Of a stretch of 64,000 nucleotides of DNA, positions 62,005-64,000 are shown piece by piece (within the stretch, counting starts at the first letter, position 1; each line of letters starts with the position of its first letter). Both the position numbers and the translations under genes were made by a program. This DNA is from the human T2T-CHM13v2.0 reference genome, Homo sapiens. The stretch lies in the NCBI RefSeq assembly GCF_009914755.1, contig NC_060932.1. One strand, given 5' to 3'. A model generated the notes under the pieces. That model made no database searches, was not told the DNA's origin, and was given only the letters and a program-made list of their open reading frames with translations.

Positions 62005-62620
62005 CTGTGTATTTTATTTATTTAAAAATAACACTTAAATTATATACTGATTTGCTAAAACTCTTCAAAAGATTTGCCAGGTTATTCATTGGCTTCGTTT
62101 TTCACTCTCAAAAATTCAAATAAGGAGAGAAATAAAAAAAATTATGAGGAGCTGCTTCGTAATCCTATGAACATCCATTCTCCCAGTCCCTCTGTGTGCA
62201 ATGGGCAGGGTTTCTGCCCTAAATGCCTTGGCCAGCAGCCAGTACAGAAGGCATCTTTCTCTCCCCACTCCTCAGCTGTGTGGTTCTGGTGGTTCAGATT
62301 CTTAAGTTTGTCCCAACTCCGTCACCTGCCTCCTGTCTTTCCCGCCATTTCCGTGGTTCTGGCCCCATGCCTCCTGTCTAGGCAACCCCTATCTTCATTC
62401 TCTCTCTGAAATCTCTCCTCCACACCAATGTCAGGGTGACCCACTTCACCCAGAGATTGCATCTTGCCATTCCTCCCCGATGCACCTTGAAACAGCCCCA
62501 CCTTAACTTCAGGATCCAGTCCCTACTTCTCAACAGAGCAGATGGTCCTGTTTGCCACTTAGCGCAAGTTTTCCTTTCTGGGGTCATCTTCCAGCATGCT
62601 CTTCCCAAACGACATTCCAC

Positions 62621-63402
62621 TGACAAACAGTCTTTCCTCAACCAAACTCCAGTCAGCCTTCTCTGAGCCTTCTTTTCCATGAGTCTTCAACCCTGGCCAA
62701 CGAGAACTCCAGACTCAGCACATATGATTCCCCTTACCTCCCCACACCGAGAGACTTGAACAAACACTGACCGAGTTTCCAGCAGCTCAAGGCCTCACCC
62801 CTACGATGCTGACCTCAGTCTCCTTTAAGTTCCTGCCTGAGAAAGCGCAGTGCTGCCAGGAGAAGGTACTGTTTGTTCCAGCCAAAACTTGGTGCTGGGT
62901 GGATAGGACCCTGGACTTCCTTTCCGAGCAGTTCCTTTAGAAAGCTTGCAGTTGCAAATCATTTCGCTGCGCTCTGAGATATACATCCTCTATTACCCAG
63001 AACTGTCTCCTCAAGTACCCAAGAGCCATCTATTCAAATACAAACTCCAAGCCTGGTGGGTGCATTGCCCTAACAGGACTGCCTCCTGCCTCCTGTCATA
63101 AAGAAATGAGAAATTTGTTTCTGCTCCCAGCAAGTGACAAGCGCCAATGAACAAACACAGATGGCACACTCACATTTACGATCCCACTTTCCTGCTTTTT
63201 GTAAATTTCCACTTCCCTGTCTCTGGCCAAGCCCCCGGATGTTCCTCCTCCTTCCTCCCTTTTTCTCCCTTTTAAGCCCTGTCACCTCTGCACAACTTGA
63301 AGGTGGGTTCAGTTCATGCAGGGCTCTTCCCTATGGCGATACACTCAGTGCAATCTGTTTTCATTGCTTTTAACTAGCGCAGGGCTTTTTTTCCCTCGGA
63401 CG
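62621..63402 (+). mobile_element. MER67/MER31-group ERV1 solo LTR
   Basis: tgacaaacagtctttcctcaaccaaactccagtcag...cagctcaagg...cctgcctgagaaa...tactgtttgttccagccaa. Confidence 0.7.
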
Positions 63403-63874
63403 CTGTGCGCACTCACTTTCCTGTGGATTTCCAGACACTCCAGGGTCTTTCCATTACTTCCGCAGCTTTGCCTGAAACGTTCTAGCGCCGTCCACACCTT
63501 TTCTTCAGGTGAACCTTGCTCACCACATAGCACATCGTGCAGGTCCCCTCTGTAAACCCTTCCCTGACTTTCCCAAGCTCTGCCTCTTGTGTCCTGTAGG
63601 GTTTTGATAGCGTCACTTCTCTGATCACAGTGGCTGCATGGATTTGCTTATGTCTTTGTGGCACTGAGACATGACCCTCTCACACTGTGGTGTCTAACTC
63701 CATTTTCAGCACAGGAGGAAGCTCAATGTGTGCTGATGTGAATAAACCCATAACGGGTGAAAGAAGTGAGACGGGGTCTTATATTACATTCAGAAGTGAT
63801 CAACAGGCAGGCTTCCGCCTCTGAGCAGGAGGTGAGGACAGTTGAGTAGATCCTGAGCTAGGCCAGTCATAGTG

Positions 63875-63990
63875 TCACCTGTGGCTGTCTCCAGACGTGG
63901 ATTCCCAGGTTGCAGTCACACCTACTGAGACAGAATCTCTGAGGGGGAGCCTGGGAATCGCCACTTTATAAAAGCTCCCCTGAGTGCCAC
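63875..63990. mobile_element. MER5A-like fragment
   Basis: gattcccagg...cacctactgagacagaatctctgaggggg.agcctgggaatc...tttataaaagctcccc. Confidence 0.6.
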
Positions 63991-64000
63991 TGACAACCAG

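Overview
This is human (primate) genomic DNA, recognisable from the two coding sequences as the AGPAT5-XKR5 interval of chr8p23.1. The left end holds the last two coding exons of AGPAT5 (+; 137-260 and 2248-2473) and its ~4.1 kb 3'UTR, ending near 6590. The right end holds the last two coding exons of XKR5 (-; 61155-61044 and 57576-56435) and its 3'UTR, probably ending near 53750. The genes converge tail to tail across ~47 kb of repeat-dense intergenic DNA: ~25 Alus, L1/L2/MIR fragments, MaLR/ERV1/ERVL LTRs, MER/Tigger/Made1 DNA elements, minisatellites and three CTCF-consensus sites. I see no new protein-coding system, RNA gene or CRISPR array; nearly all other ORFs in the track are repeat or low-complexity artefacts. 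The least-explained features are: (1) a ~200-265 bp non-repeat inverted repeat at 19.1-19.4 kb, flanked by a TATA box and E-box/AP-1/GATA motifs; (2) an LTR8 copy that lacks U5 and ends in an A-rich tail, resembling an L1-retroposed ERV transcript; (3) an inverted Alu pair in the XKR5 3'UTR whose loop carries one copy of a duplicated 143-bp element; (4) a divergent CTCF pair bracketing the XKR5 3' end; (5) a twin-primed L1. Repeat family names come from recalled consensus sequences, not a search, and repeat boundaries are approximate.
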